DNA of 64,000 bases from contig NW_019217816.1 in NCBI RefSeq assembly GCF_002571385.2, positions 670,708 through 734,707 on the forward strand. Reading direction: 5' to 3'. The notes beneath the pieces are model-generated. The model had not been told where the DNA came from and did no database searches. It was given only the letters and a program-made list of their open reading frames with translations. Origin of the DNA: Stylophora pistillata. Its lineage: Eukaryota. The translations under genes were made by a program, and so were the position numbers. Positions 12,822 to 27,800 of the stretch are shown piece after piece (within the stretch, counting starts at the first letter, position 1; each line of letters begins with the position of its first letter).

Positions 12822-15800
12822 ATGGATGGCGATAATACAACACAGGGTTATGTAGATGATGGAGGTTTGAGAAAATTTCTGTTCCATCTTGTTGTTCATG
12901 TGATTTTCTACTTGAAGGAAACCGAGAGTACAGCTGAACACTCTTGCTTGGCGACTACATTAACTTGTCACCTTCAGAACTGTTCCCCATTTTTTAAAAC
13001 GTATCAAGGAATGAATAATTAGAATATTTTTCAGGGAAAAGCAAAGAATTTAACAACTGCGGCAGATCTTACGGTTTTCACATGTTGTATCGTGATCACG
13101 ATCTGGTGATATTCCTTTGCTGCAGTAGCTTGCCAACAACTACTGTTTTTATTGTCCTATCTTATAAACACGTTAAGGCGAAATTTAGTGGTAGCATCTT
13201 ACCGTTAGCTTTGCTAGCTCTTTCCACGGTTCTGTGCTTCTACCGTGGACATTTTTAAACGGAGAATTGAAGCGAAAGTGCGAAGGTAACCGGTTGTTTT
13301 ACTAAAGTGTCAGTTCACCAACGACCACTTCTCCAACGCATGAAGTCGGTTCGCCAATGTCCTAGATCAGTTCGCCAACGCTTATAAATTATTTCAGTTC
13401 ATCAACGTCCAAAATAATATTTGAAAAAATTCTGAAATGTATCTGTAGATGACCAGGGAAATAAATATTTTACCTTTGATGTATTCACTGGTGTTTGTAG
13501 GTAAGTATCGTTTGAAATTGTTCGTTTTACTCTCCCTAATCTCTCTCTCCCACACCTAGCCACAAAGTCACGCTCAAACAAAGTCTGTTGATTGATTGGT
13601 CACAACCAAAATCAATTCTATCAATTTTTTTAGTAATCTATTTTCAACCAAAAGCTTCATTCGGGACGTTGGCGAACTGATATAGAAGCATTGGCAAACT
13701 GACCTAAGACGTTGGTGAATTGACCACATACATTGGGAAACTCGTAAAAGCTCTCTTTTTTAATTTCAAACTGTGTACAGTATGTTACTTTTGTTTCTTA
13801 ACTGTCTATCATCTCCTTTCTGATCTATTCCATTCATTTCTTAATTTAATCTCTACTGACTGATTATCACAAATGTTTTTAGCTTTTATAGCTATAGCAA
13901 ATGAGCTGTTGGGAAAATGCAACCTTCCTGGTACAATAACTAAACTTGAGGAATGCAGTGACAACTTCTTTGTTGCAGTTTACAGAGGTCTGCTGGGTGA
14001 TGATTTGGCTGGTAAGGTTAACCTATGGCATCATTGTTGTACCTAGATTGCTTGGATCATCCACAAGCAGATGCAGTGTTATTTGTTTTCGCATTTAGAA
14101 GTACTAACATTTGCACAAATATTGTCACTTTTACATTGCTATTAATTTTGGCATCCTCCTTCTTTGCACAGGTATTATAGAGAATCCCATTTCAAATGAA
14201 CAACATGTTTCAAACTGCCAAACTGTGATAGATTCAGTTGCTTCTGATATTCTTAGTGTGGATCTAACACACATCGCTGGGAGCAGCATTGTGGAGGGTG
14301 ACAAAATTTCAATTCGGAACTTGTTAGAGATTTTTGCTGGATTGCTTGAGTTCTTCATGGAGTACAATGATGATGAAGGTTGGCAGCCCACTCCAAGTTT
14401 AATTTGGTCTCCGTCAGTGTTTTAATTTACTGTGATTCATAAGATATTTTAATGGTTTGTGGTTGGGTATCCTCTTAATCATTGGTAAACTGTTGAAATG
14501 GGTTCCAATAAGATGGTATTAGATATACATGCATGTAAAAAGTCTACAAAAGAGAATGACTTATCCTAGTTTCTGCATCAAGAAGTGGCTAGTGGTATTG
14601 CTACTTTCCTAGAATGGGTTTCATAAATATTGAAAGTTATCCCTCTTGATATTGTCAGGTATTCCTAATAGTTTCATTTATGTACAGCACTCCAAACTGT
14701 AACTGTTATGGTCCCCATGGCAGCTAGAACAAAATTTTGGTAATTGAATCTACAGTACAAGTTGCCAATTTGGGGACCTGGGTCTGATAGACATGTAGAG
14801 GGGATGAAGCATATTTACAATTTAGCTTTTGTGGTCCCATTTCATATAACTCATGCTTCATCATTTTCTTGAATGTATAAAAATCTTAAAAAAAGCAATG
14901 CCTGCTTACATTGTATTTGAGTCCTAACAGTAACCAGCACCTAATATCTCCTTACAGTGATACTGCTGAATCTTTCATTACAATCATGAGAATAAAGGAA
15001 GTGATCGCTTACCTTAGAAACTTTGAATGTTACATGAGTAAGCACCTGTGTAGAGAAGAGTATGGAGACTATGGATTGTGATGTTAGGGTGTTGAAAGGG
15101 TTTAAAAAATGACAAGGGTTATGGTCAGTTGTATAAGGAAGTTTTTCCTTTTTTCGTCTGAGGACCAAAATTTTATTTGGGGCAACTATTTAATGATTTT
15201 AGGTCACCAAAATTAATGGAAACTCTGAAAAAGGTGGAGCTCTGAGCCTAATGCCCCATTATTTTTCTCATTTTAAATTCAGGCTATCGACAGTAATTAT
15301 TATGTCCATGCACTACCAGTTAAGAGTTGTCTGATCATCAAGCTAAAAGTCAAAATTAAGAGAAAGACAGTTTGGGAATTTTCTTTAGCATGGTTCCTTT
15401 CTTTGATGTTGTAGTGCAGGCAGTAACTATTTAAATTGTGATGAACTCTTTGTAGGTTCTGAAGATGAAAATGACTCCAATTTGCTGACTTCAAAACATG
15501 ATGTCATCTCTGGAGTACTAAGAGAAGAGTTGGGCCCCTCATATGAAGCTGTTTATGGTTCTAGGTTTGTGAGCTGCATTTGCTATACACTGTAGAGCTA
15601 AATTTCTCATACCCTCACTTACTAGAAACTCTCAATGATTTAAACCAAAACAAGCTTCCATTCCTCATTCCACACCAAGATCAAACTGAAACAAAAATGA
15701 TAATTCTGATGAATGTTTTTTCCCAGGTAGTACATCTTGTAATATTTTTATGATTATAGTTTATGGTGGTAGATCATGCTTCTAAAAGCATGTTTTTTTT

Positions 15801-18800
15801 TTTTTTTTTTTTTTTTTTCACAAAGGACATCCACAAAAGTCAACTGTATCCTTAACTAACCTTGAATAGACCTGAATTTAATCAATTATAGTTATTACTT
15901 TAATCTGTGACTGACAGGTTACATTTAAGTAATGTTGAGTTAATATTATTATCATGGATAAATCCTTGATAAATTTTATTAAATTGTTACCTTTTTCTGC
16001 AGACAAAGCGACAGGAGAGAGGAGGCAAAGAGAAAACGGCCATTGTTGCAGCAGTCAAGTGGAGGAGTAATGCTGGACAGAAATGGAGTGCCAAAGAAAC
16101 AAGAATCATTAACCAGAGTCTCTGTCGTTTGGGATCATGAAAATTCCACTGGTTTTGATGCAGACACATCAAAGGTAGGAAAGCCATCAAATAAAATGTA
16201 AAAAAGTCTTTTTTTTTAGACCAAACCATGGAATACATAGTACTGTACATGTAATGGATGGAATTCAGGAAGACTATAAAGTGGACCTTGAAGGTTAATA
16301 CAAAAGTACTAGACTAGTATCTTAGCTTTCCCTTGAGAACCCATTTGTTTTTATCCAATTAATGTATGAATTTTTTTTCAAACCCTTGGCTCCAAAATGA
16401 AGCATAGGTTTTTGATAATTTCCATTCTCCATCTGCTTCTGTCAGAAGCTGCTGTTTCCAGTTGGTGCCACACATGGTTCCACCTAAAGTTTCATTTCTG
16501 ACTCCATGTCTCTTCTTCACATGCATGTATTCTTTGGGTGACCTCCTTTCCTCCTTCCTTGTGGATTCCATTTTAGTGCTTGCCTTGTGACGTTGTTTAC
16601 AAGCTTCCTTACAGTGTTTTACCCAAACTGACGATTAAATTTTTTAAACTTTGAAATACCCAGCTCAGTGACTCAAAAATGGAAGGTGTTAGTGACTCAA
16701 CTGCTGAACTGATCAGACTTGGAGAAACCACATCAGACAGATTGCCACCACTAGGGATAGAAAAAAAGGCAGAAACCAGAAATCAGCTTCCAGATTCAAC
16801 ATCAGACATGTCTGCTAGATCACCAATGATCAGTGTCAGCTCTCAGCATGGTAGCAGACCTTATAGAAATGATGCCTTTGGTGGCACTTTAAATGGAACA
16901 AGACCTTTGCAGGATAATACAAAACCAGTTATGAATAATGCTAGTCCCTCGACAAGTTCCAAAAGACCAGATTTATCTGGAATTAGGTGAGCCTGTGAGC
17001 TACTGTAAGAACATTTTACTCTATTTTGTTGTTATTGTTTTTAGCCTGCTTAGCATGCCTTTCCATTTCTTTTCATCCAATACAATACAATTTACAAACT
17101 TTATTGACACTCCCTAAAGAGGGTTTTTCGGTGACAATGATCTAAAAATTACAAAATTATAATACTAAAATGTATAATGGGAAAATTAAGGAAGCTAAAA
17201 TGTTAATAAATGTTCACCAAAATTACAACTAAGAGTGATGAGAAAGGAAAGCAGCAAGTAATTTGGCTCTAAGTTTACACTTAAAATCACAAGAAGAATT
17301 ACAGAGTTTGAGGGTATTATCTAAACTGTCCCATAGACTTACTGAATGATAAAAGAAAACCCTTTGTCCAGATTTAGTTCTATATTAGGGTATATGCAGA
17401 AGTTGGGAGCTTCTGGTTGTGCGACCACTTATCTCACCACGTGTTAGAAACTTCGAGGAGAGATAAGTAGGAGCAGAGCCGGTCATACATTTAAAAGCAA
17501 GTGGGAGAGCTGTGAGCTGGGCAAGAGAGTGGAGTGAAAGGGATTGGAAGATGTAAACAGAAGATTTGTGACTTTATAATTTGACTATGCTTGACTGTGT
17601 GATATGAGAGAATTTTCCTACTCACCCAGTGAATGACTGACGTAATGTTTATTGCCAAATGAACAAAATTTGCATTTAATCTTATTTCATAGGAAGTCTG
17701 ACCGATCCAGCATACTTGTTTGTGATGCCACTTCTATGGAAGATGAACTGACACAGTACACTTTGACACCCACAGAAGTGGGACATTCTCCAGCTGTTAG
17801 GGATAAAGTATGAATGTGAACACTTTGTGTCATTTTAACAGAAGGTGCAGGATCGTGCAGGATAGTTCTGACCAGATGCTTTTTAAGAGATAACTATTGT
17901 TGACATTATGAAAAATTAGAAAAGTTTTTCTAAAACAGAAAGTCTATTTTTTTTTCCTTGTAATATTTAAGTGTCCACTTTTTTTAAGTGTGGTTTAAGA
18001 TTTTTTAGCAGAAGGAGGTTAATGTGTAGAGCATCCTAGGTTTTCCTCTTTCCTTGTTTACCTTAAGGACCCTGACAAGCCTTCAACCAGTTTTCTGTCC
18101 TCCTCCTCAACATCTACATCATGGCCTGAGCAAATATCACCTCTAGAACCATTAAAAGACTCTGGTGCCAGAGAGACAAGTAGCTTTGATGCTCTTGGTG
18201 TGAGACCAAGACAAAACCCCCCAGCAACTGCAGTTTCAGAAGCTGCTGGAGACAACAGTGGACGGTCAACTCCTGTTTATCATCATTACCACCACCACTT
18301 TCATCACACAGAGCCACAAGGGACTGTACCAGGTATTAGACAGATGGTTCTGTTTTAATTTTTAATTATAATTTTGCATCAGGACTGTTACAAATTTCAA
18401 ACCTCTCACAAGATTACTGACACCCTTAATGCCTCAGGTGGTTTAGAGCCAGTTAGAGTCATTTTTATTGTTCCCTTTTGGTAAGAGTGCACTGTCAACG
18501 GGTGATGGAAAGTTCTCAAAGATCACAATTATTGAAAATTCCATCCATAAGGAGTAGTCAGGTTTGCACTTCCCTGAAAAGTCATCCACTGATAGACCTG
18601 GTAGATATAGAAGTATCAGTTTGGGGCGTGATTGGGGTAACTCTCACAAAGTCCCTGGGTTGGACTTAAATTCCTGTTCAAAAGGCTTTATTAAGTAATA
18701 TTCGGACACACATACCTGCTAGTGCCTGTACAAGTTGTTTTCCTTTTGGTCGCACAATATGTGTACAGCAGCTTCTTCTTTGCCAGTCCCACAGTTCTTC

Positions 18801-21800
18801 CTACATGTGTGTTCTTGTTGCTGTTTTCCTATCATCATAAACTGATTTATTTTGTGTAGAATTTCAGTCTGTAGCTGGAGTTAGAGCAGCAGCCTCAGTT
18901 GATGCACCAGATAGAACAACGGTTTTATCAAGGACCCAGCCTACTGGAACTGTGACCAGAACCAGACCTCATTCTGGAACAACTGATACACTTACAAGAA
19001 TAGCTCCTGTGACTTTTACTCACCCTCCTCACTCAGGTGATTTTCACCCTTTTTTTGTCTTTGAATTGTTATTCTACCTGGCAAGTCTTTTAGTATAATA
19101 CTCTCACTGTTAACTACCAATTGAAAGCTGGTCAAAATTTTGAAAAATTTTGCATCATTGATTTTAACTAAAGAGGAACAATAATTATTAGCTTCTATAT
19201 GACTTGTATCATTGTATAGACTTTGATAGTAAGGTGAAATCCATATGAATAGAAAGTTTCACTTTTGCCATGTAGTACAGTGTAGATGTATTCACATCAT
19301 AGACCACTTTCATAAATGGCTGCCGGATTAATATTCTTTTGTTTAAATTTAAATTCTGGCCTCGTTCTCCAGTACAAATTTCAAAAGAATACATTATCTC
19401 AAGCGAGGCCAGAAGGGCTAATTTCAATTTAAACAAAAGAACATTAATCCAGCAACCATTTATGAAAGTGGTCTGTACTACATGTACATGTATATGTATG
19501 GATTGTTTCCTTTGATCTGACTATATATATAATTTTTTATATAACAGTGCTTGATACATAAAAGTAGAGTGCAATATATGTTGAGTAGAAAAATATGACG
19601 ACTACGTTTTTATCCCTACCAGCCTGTTTTATGATTGCTCACTCATCAGGGGATATATATAGATATATATAATCATAAATTCTGTATATGAGGGAAACCC
19701 TGACCCTGTACACCCCAATATATATACCCCGATATATAATATTGGGGTATATATATTCTATTTGACTTGTATCATTGTATAGACCTTGATAGTATATATA
19801 TATATATATTTATATTATATATATTTGATAGTATATATAGACAGTATGATAGTATATTTGAGAGTATATATATTTGATAGAATATATATACCCAATATAT
19901 ACACCCTGATATATATAATTATATATATATATATTTTTTTTTTCCCTACAAGGGAGTTTTCCATCAGTGATTTTTCCAAGTGATAGCAGTACATTGCCCT
20001 CTGCAGGTCCCTCACAGCCATCTGTCACCACAGTCACAGGAACAACATCAACTTTGACTGACTCAGTGTTTCTATCAAGGTCTGGATCATCACGTAAGAA
20101 CTTTGCCCAATGAAGGAAAAAATGTCTCTTATCTCACCTTTTTGTTGACTGTTTGGGTTAATGGTTAGTGTGGTGAACTGATAAGTTTGACAGGATAGAT
20201 TTCTCCAAACTACATTAATGATCTTTTTCTTGAATAAGCGGCTAGAATCTCTTTGCATAGCAAGGAAGTGCACCGTATCAGTGACACTGAATGACGATGA
20301 ATGAACCTTACTCGTGTGTACCGTGTGTGCATTCGTTAGGTCCCCATTTTGTCATGGCAGCCACTTCTGATACAGGTGCTGTTTCATCAAGTGGTAGAGC
20401 ACCACAAGGAAGGCTGGCTGGCTCATTAAAAACAACCACAGTAACATCTACGACAGGTTAGGCATTACAAACATTGTAGGAATGTCTTTTAAGTTTTCCC
20501 TTGTTTTAGTGTACTCAATCTTTCCCGCCATCCTAAGCGATATTTATTTCTTGATAAGTTTCTCTCATTAGTCCTTCATCTTTTCCTAAACTGTCACTGG
20601 TATCTTGAGTTAGTAGTCATACCATTGCTGTTGGTTTATTGTGAACTTCAAGTTCGACCCGCGTTGCCCCTTGATTTAGAGGTTTGTTCATTCAGATAAA
20701 CAACAAAAGACAGCGTCTGTGGAATATTTTTTCCAGATTCATCAATGCCATTGTCGTCGTCACTGCCATCCACAAGTCACAGACCTGATGGTGCTTTAAG
20801 AGAACGGGTTTCACGGCCAGAACAAACTGACCAATCAGCGGATCGATTGAGTAGTCTGAGGAGAATGCAGGTATATTAAAAATCTTTTACTTGCTCTTAT
20901 AAAAAATGTCTATCATAAAACTGGTCCCGGTTGTTCGAAGGTTGGATAGCGCTATCCCCTGAATTAATCCGTGGCTCTATCCGGTGGATAACGCTATACG
21001 TTTTGCTATCACTTCTCCATCGGTTAGCGATTTATCCGTTGGATAGCGTTAACCCTAACCCTTTGTACAACTGGGCCCTGATCCTTCTCTGCCGTTAGGA
21101 TGAAGGACATTTCGTTGGTGGTTGATTAGAATAAAAAAAGGAGTTACAGGGTCATAATTCCTATGAACAAGTTTGCCTGAGTAAAGCCCTGAGCATCAGC
21201 GATAATCAACGAGGTGACACGAATTTTTAAACTTGTCTCAGCTCATAGTGAAACAAGTGCAAGTAACATTCAATCCTAAACGGGAACGCGTTCTATTATA
21301 GACCTGGAAAATCTCAAGGAAGAGGTCTGAGTTCGTTTACTTTCTATTGATATAATCAACTTTCCAGTCTGAACTTGTAATGCCTGATAGAAATAGAAAG
21401 AATGGCTTGTAAGTTTAAAACAAGAGGTCACAAGCTGGGTGAGAAAAGCATCTGACTCCTGACTGGACGCATAACCCTCCTCAAACCGGTGGTGTGCTTT
21501 ACTGAAGAAACATAGAGAATAGGAGGTCAGCACATTTAGACCGTAGAGTGAGAATCGCAAGTAGTAAGTGTCCTGCATACTGCTAGGATCAGCCGTGTCA
21601 TACAAAATGTTCGTATTACATGTATGTTCTCTCCATTGTGCAGCCATTTGCGTCTTCTCTCCCCGCCAGACTGCAGGAAGGATCCATAGGTTCTGAGCAT
21701 GCAGCACTTCGATCAACAGCTGCAGACCTTTTACAAAAATACAGCGCACCGGAAGAAGAAAGTGGCGAAAGTGACAGTGAGAGGGAAGCAGACGACGAGG

Positions 21801-24800
21801 AGCTCGCTCAGAACAGTGATAGCGCTGTTGGTAAGCTGGCTGAATTGCTCAAACATATATTAAACGAAAATGGAGATTTGAAGAATCTGAATCGTATTAC
21901 GACTACGATTACGAGATTTGACATCACACATCTGATGAGAGAATACATAACTCGAGAATTTTGATTTCACGCTACGTGATGGCTAACGTGATGTGTTACT
22001 ATGACGTTCTCATCGTAATTTACCCACAATTAACGGTAAAAATAACTTTTTTAATCAGATTACGGAAGAATTGAGCCTCCTATTGCAAAACCGATAACGA
22101 GAGATTTCTCAACTTCTCGATCGAGTGGTAGCACAGGCAGGACAACCACAAGGCCAAGAATGCCCCGCAGCTATAAAGGTGAAGTCGAGATGTATCGTGG
22201 AAGACTGCACTCCTGTCAATTTGCTAACAGTTTCCAGGTTTTCCATGATTTCTTTAGCATGTAATTGTTAAAATAAATGCTACCTTGAAGGGGATGCCAG
22301 TCTCATGCAGGCTACCTCTAGCCCAGCCCCACCTTAGTACTCATCCCAGAACACCCAAGTATCCCGCTTGCCCAAGATCGCAATGATCCCGCCCAGATCT
22401 CCGACAGACAAGCACCACTCAATTGGGATCCATCCACATGAACACTAAGGTCACCACTTCAGCAAGACGTTCCTTTTTTGACAATAGAATTTAGTTACCG
22501 TTTTTGGTTTGTTTTGTTCTTTGGTGGTAATATTTTTTTCTTTTCAGGATGCAAAGTCTTCGAAATTTTTCTTTGCTGTTTTCTTCAAAATTAACAACCT
22601 CAATTTTTCCTTACGGCACTTGAGAAAGTTATTTCTCTTTGATCGGCAGGGATTAGACAACTGTCCTGAATACTATTGTTTTTTAACCAGAATCAACCGA
22701 AGAAGATTCTTCTCCTGAACGTGTTCCCCGCCGCGGCGTGACTTTCCGTGACACAGTAGAAACATTTCCAGTTTCAGGAAGAATGGATAGGCTAAGGCGC
22801 CTGCTGTACGAGGAGTCCGAGAAGCAGCGGAAACGACACACGGAAGCCATGCGCAAGACTTATCGTGATCAGTTGAAGGAAATACAACAGGAAAAAAAGA
22901 AAGAGAAAACTTTGCAGATGAAAAGAAAATTACCAGTGAGTTTCACTATCAATTTTTTTCAGTAAGGTGCCTATCGTACTCTTATTTCTGGCCAGCAAAG
23001 GGTACATTGCTCAAGGCGTATTTGAGGATTTCAGAAAACTGAATGAATTGCCTCAGAAATAACTGACATTTCAGTTTTATTGATAAATATCTTCATGATA
23101 TGTTATGTAGTCATGAACACAAAAAGTGTCCATTGCCACATACGTCTCCCTTCAGAAGAGTGTCATGAACAGTTTTCACTACCCCTCACCCGTTTGTAAT
23201 AACATTGCATTAAAGAGCCACACTTCGGTCGTTAAGTTGCCTTGCTTGGAAAGAAAAGGAAAAGACTGCAAATGCACCTGCGGCTGGTAATCGTTTTCTG
23301 TATTAAAAGCGGCAAAAAATGGAGACATTGCTCTATGTCGATTTCAACTAATACTTCGTCAGAAGAAGGTTAGTGAAATTCTCTAAATTCTCTTCCGGCT
23401 TGATTAACTTTCAGGTCTCACCAAACGTTCCAAAGAAGAAACCAAAAAACAAGTCTCCAGTCAAGAAATGTGGGAGATTGGAGGCTGTCTATCGCTCACA
23501 GACAAGAAAATCCCGGCCAGTGAGAAGGACTTTGACAACCGGAAAAGGAAGAAAGAGAAGTGCCTCCGCGAGTCCTGTACTCGTTGGGAGAAAGAGCGAC
23601 AGTCCAGGTTGGATATTGCGTCATTCCAACGACAAATGTTTTTGAGACTAACTCATGGAATACCTTCACCATTTCCCAATTTCGCGATTTAATCATATTC
23701 TGTATATACCAGGGATTTTGAATAGGGATCGGGAAATTTTGTTATCCGCTAATTAGACGTCCTGCCGAAGTTGAATAAAAAAGTTGTCTCGTAGTAATTA
23801 AGTTGGAGTTGCTTGTTTGCTCGAAGTCTGCATTAAGTAACCTTGTTCGGGGAGAAAGAAAATCATTGAATGTAAAGTCGACCTTGTTTGAAGGAGTAAT
23901 TTCTCCTTTACAATGAATCGCAATGAAATCGCCGCACGATTTGACATCACAACCATATAACCTGTTAGAACAGGTCTGTTAAGTTGCTTCGACACCATTC
24001 TCAGAGCTGTTACAGCTTTTGGAGATGTTCTTCTGGGGAGGGTTAGGGAAAGTAGCTGAGGTCTTTCGTTGATTTTTCAAGATGAAACCTTGAAATATTG
24101 GTTGATAAGAGAAGAAACATCAAGGAGACAATAACTAAGGTTGGCGAAGATTGAAAATGAGGAACTAATTGGAAATTTTTGCGGCGTTTTTCCCCAGATC
24201 ATCCGGACATGTTACTTCCCGCCATGTTGGAAGAGTTCCCTTTCTTGCATGTCTCGCCTCAAACAGCTCACAGCATGTGGAACAAGCAGGCGCGGCACCT
24301 TAGCTCCTTTCTTAAATCTGGTGCGGACGCCAATAGGACCAAAACTCAGAGAATGATTGAAGATGCTGAGAAGCGACAGAAGACTTTGGTGGGAATATTA
24401 AAAAAAGATTTGGAACATAATATGAGAATGGTAAAGTTATCATTTGTAAATACAAATTTTGACAAACTAAATGATTTCTTTCTCAACTGAGAAACTTATA
24501 TTATTGCTCTCATTCGTTTGAAAAGACCACACTATTGATACGATCGCCGCCCATTTAGTATGCGTTTCGTGTTCTTTTACCTTATTTTGTCCTTTAATGT
24601 TATTTTCAGCGAGATAAACAAGAGCGGCAGCAACAGCAGCGGACTGTTAAGGCAAAACTGAGAGAAAAACGCCAAGTCTCTGCGCATGCGCGGCGATACT
24701 ATGATGAGTATGAGTTGCGCATGCGGGCCAGAATGTTGAAAAGGCGCACGCGTGAAGAACAGGTAGGAAGTGAATAAACATCGTGAGAGCCCGTGCTCAA

Positions 24801-27800
24801 AAAGGGTATTTTTTATTGTGTGTAACTCTTTGGAGGCATTAAATAGCTTTGATACGTTGTCATCGTTTTGAGTATTTCTTGTGAAATTTCTTGTCTTGCC
24901 TTAGATCTTCAAAAGGTTGTTTGAGGATGGTTTGGATATTCAAAAACAACGCATACGCGAACTCAGAGAGTATGCGAAAGAGCAGAGAGAAACTTTGGCT
25001 CAGAGGCAGCAAAACGAAATTGAATCACTGGAAAACTTGTATCCTTTTATTTACTCCACTCTCCAATTTCCAATTTCCAACTCTCCAATTTCCAATCTCT
25101 CCAGATTTCCAATGTAGTAGCTTCGTTTTTACTCAGGAGTAACTTTACAGAGTGACCAGAGTATTTGATGAGCATGTAAGAACTAAGCTTGTCAAAGCAA
25201 ACAAGTGTTTACACGTTCTACGAACATCGAGAAAGGAACATTACTCTCAGGCAGAGATAGATCACCTTTTTATATCCATTGTTTTGCCTAATTTTAGTTA
25301 TGCGCTTTCAGTCTATTTGGCATCTGAGTCCGATCTCACTGTTGTAAAAAATTTTTCTGGACCGATGCCATAAACGCCTTTTTATTTCATTTCCAGTTTT
25401 TGTCAAGAACCTTTTTAAACAAACAAGACCGAAACATTTTGAAGAAATTAAAATCAACGGATTGCCACCCCATGAAAGAGATCATTCCTGTCCAGAAGAC
25501 CTATGTACACAATCTTAGGAAAAAAGGCTGCGCACGCCTGAAAATTAACACACAGCGCTTGATGAACACCTTTGTAAATTAATAGGTTGATTTTTAAGCT
25601 CCATTTATTGTAATGACATACTTTTTAAGGTGGCTCGTACCAGTTTCCTTGCGCGGGGAACAAGTCACTCTTGCGTGACGCGCGCGAGAGAAACCTGCGA
25701 AAGAAGCGCGAGATCAAAAGATGAAAATTCAAAACAAAGGTGGCGGCGCGTGGAATTTTTTCTACTTTTGTGAGAAGTTTACCTAAGAGCTTGTATTTGA
25801 TGTGTTGAGCGGCCACTGTGAATGCAGGAGATAGAAACTAAGATAACGAAGACGATTTTCGGAGAAGTAAAGGTTGCTTCACTTCACATTTAAAAGAAAT
25901 ATTCAACCGATATGAAATCTTGCGACGGCGAAAAAAGAAGAACTCAAGTGAAGGATAATCTACCTGAAGTGGAAGAAGACTTTGAAACTTCAAGGAAAAT
26001 AATATGATATAGCCAGAAGTCATGTGTAGGATTTTTAAGATGAGCTCGGGAGGCTGTCTTTGACGGCTGTTTAATGATTTTCTTAGCAGTAAACGTCTGT
26101 AAACATCAGATCGTAGGTGCTCGCGCGAGCACACGCAATTGTCAGCGGTAGCTAAAACAGATCATGAGCAAATGTCGATCTTATAGAATCCAGATTTTTA
26201 AATGCGCGAGAACGCGCGTGGAAATTGCTAAACTCACGAAAGCTATTGCATGAAAACAAGTCCGGTGACCCCTTCTTTTTATTGTTCCAATATGATAATA
26301 ACGTCGAAAGGAATCATCAGAAAAAAAACTAGAAAATTCTACGGAAGGAAATTTGCGATGTGTGAAAATTGCCNNNNNNNNNNNNNNNNNNNNNNNNNNN
26401 NNNNNNNNNNNNNNNNNNNNNNNNNNNNNNNNNNNNNNNNNNNNNNNNNNNNNNNNNNNNNNNNNNNNNNNNNNNNNNNNNNNNNNNNNNNNNNNNNNNN
26501 NNNNNNNNNNNNNNNNNNNNNNNNNNNNNNNNNNNNNNNNNNNNNNNNNNNNNNNNNNNNNNNNNNNNNNNNNNNNNNNNNNNNNNNNNNNNNNNNNNNN
26601 NNNNNNNNNNNNNNNNNNNNNNNNNNNNNNNNNNNNNNNNNNNNNNNNNNNNNNNNNNNNNNNNNNNNNNNNNNNNNNNNNNNNNNNNNNNNNNNNNNNN
26701 NNNNNNNNNNNNNNNNNNNNNNNNNNNNNNNNNNNNNNNNNNNNNNNNNNNNNNNNNNNNNNNNNNNNNNNNNNNNNNNNNNNNNNNNNNNNNNNNNNNN
26801 NNNNNNNNNNNNNNNNNNNNNNNNNNNNNNNNNNNNNNNNNNNNNNNNNNNNNNNNNNNNNNNNNNNNNNNNNNNNNNNNNNNNNNNNNNNNNNNNNNNN
26901 NNNNNNNNNNNNNNNNNNNNNNNNNNNNNNNNNNNNNNNNNNNNNNNNNNNNNNNNNNNNNNNNNNNNNNNNNNNNNNNNNNNNNNNNNNNNNNNNNNNN
27001 NNNNNNNNNNNNNNNNNNNNNNNNNNNNNNNNNNNNNNNNNNNNNNNNNNNNNNNNNNNNNNNNNNNNNNNNNNNNNNNNNNNNNNNNNNNNNNNNNNNN
27101 NNNNNNNNNNNNNNNNNNNNNNNNNNNNNNNNNNNNNNNNNNTTTTTTTTTCTAAGGAGTTATTGGAGGCTCTAGCACCAAATTGTCACGAGAGTTTTGC
27201 TTAGAGACCTGGACAAAGTGTACAAAGTGCGAAAACATTCTGAGTCTCCCTCATGACAATGTTAAACCACAGTACTCTGCTAATTTTAAAAGGTGTTCTT
27301 TTGGTTTAGGAGTTTGTGCTGGAAGAATTATTTCGCAAGCTAGAAAATAAGAAGCTTTAGATAATGAATCTTGAAAAGTTCTTCAACTTTTGTCCTTTCT
27401 ATCATCAACTGAACGATGGAGCTAGTTGTTGGGTGCTAAACAGGTTTGAGTGGGTTTTTCGTTTTCGTGGAGGAATTTGATTAGAAGTAATAAGTGAATT
27501 AGCGCCCAGCCGGTATCTGAGAAGCACACTCTCAAGCCCCGTCAAAGCTTTATTTACTTTTTTCCAGTCTTCTGTTTCATCAGCTGTAATTTAAGCTGTG
27601 TGGTTCAGTTTTTCACACACCCTGATCAGCTTTAGTGCTTGTGTTCCCTTGACGCGCATCTTTTAGCTATCGTGACCAGTTTGCCATGTTGGCAGATGGA
27701 ATCGCTCGGGAGAGATATGAGATGGAAGTACGCGAAAAAGCCCAAGAAAAGGTGAGCTCACTCAGTAACATTTCAATGTGAAGACCAATGGTTGAGTCAG

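Larger units (their letters stand above)
25039..27666 (+). other. U12-type (minor spliceosome) GT-AG intron of CEP95
   Basis: Donor GTATCCTTT at 25039; branch-point-like TTCCCTTGAC at 27644-27653, 13 nt before the exon; splicing restores LENF-YRDQF. Confidence 0.85.

Noticed and set aside
15826-15856. 20-nt micro-exon followed by a U12-like donor GTATCCTTA in CEP95
   Set aside because: The flanking exons (ending 15564, starting 16003) already join in frame; inclusion would shift the frame, and nothing else supports it.
19786-20037. Ile/Tyr-rich ORFs (also the poly-Ile and poly-Asn ORFs at 59153-59388)
   Set aside because: They are translations of microsatellites.
26250-27204. Long ORFs of 268-301 aa
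   Set aside because: They are translations of the N gap.
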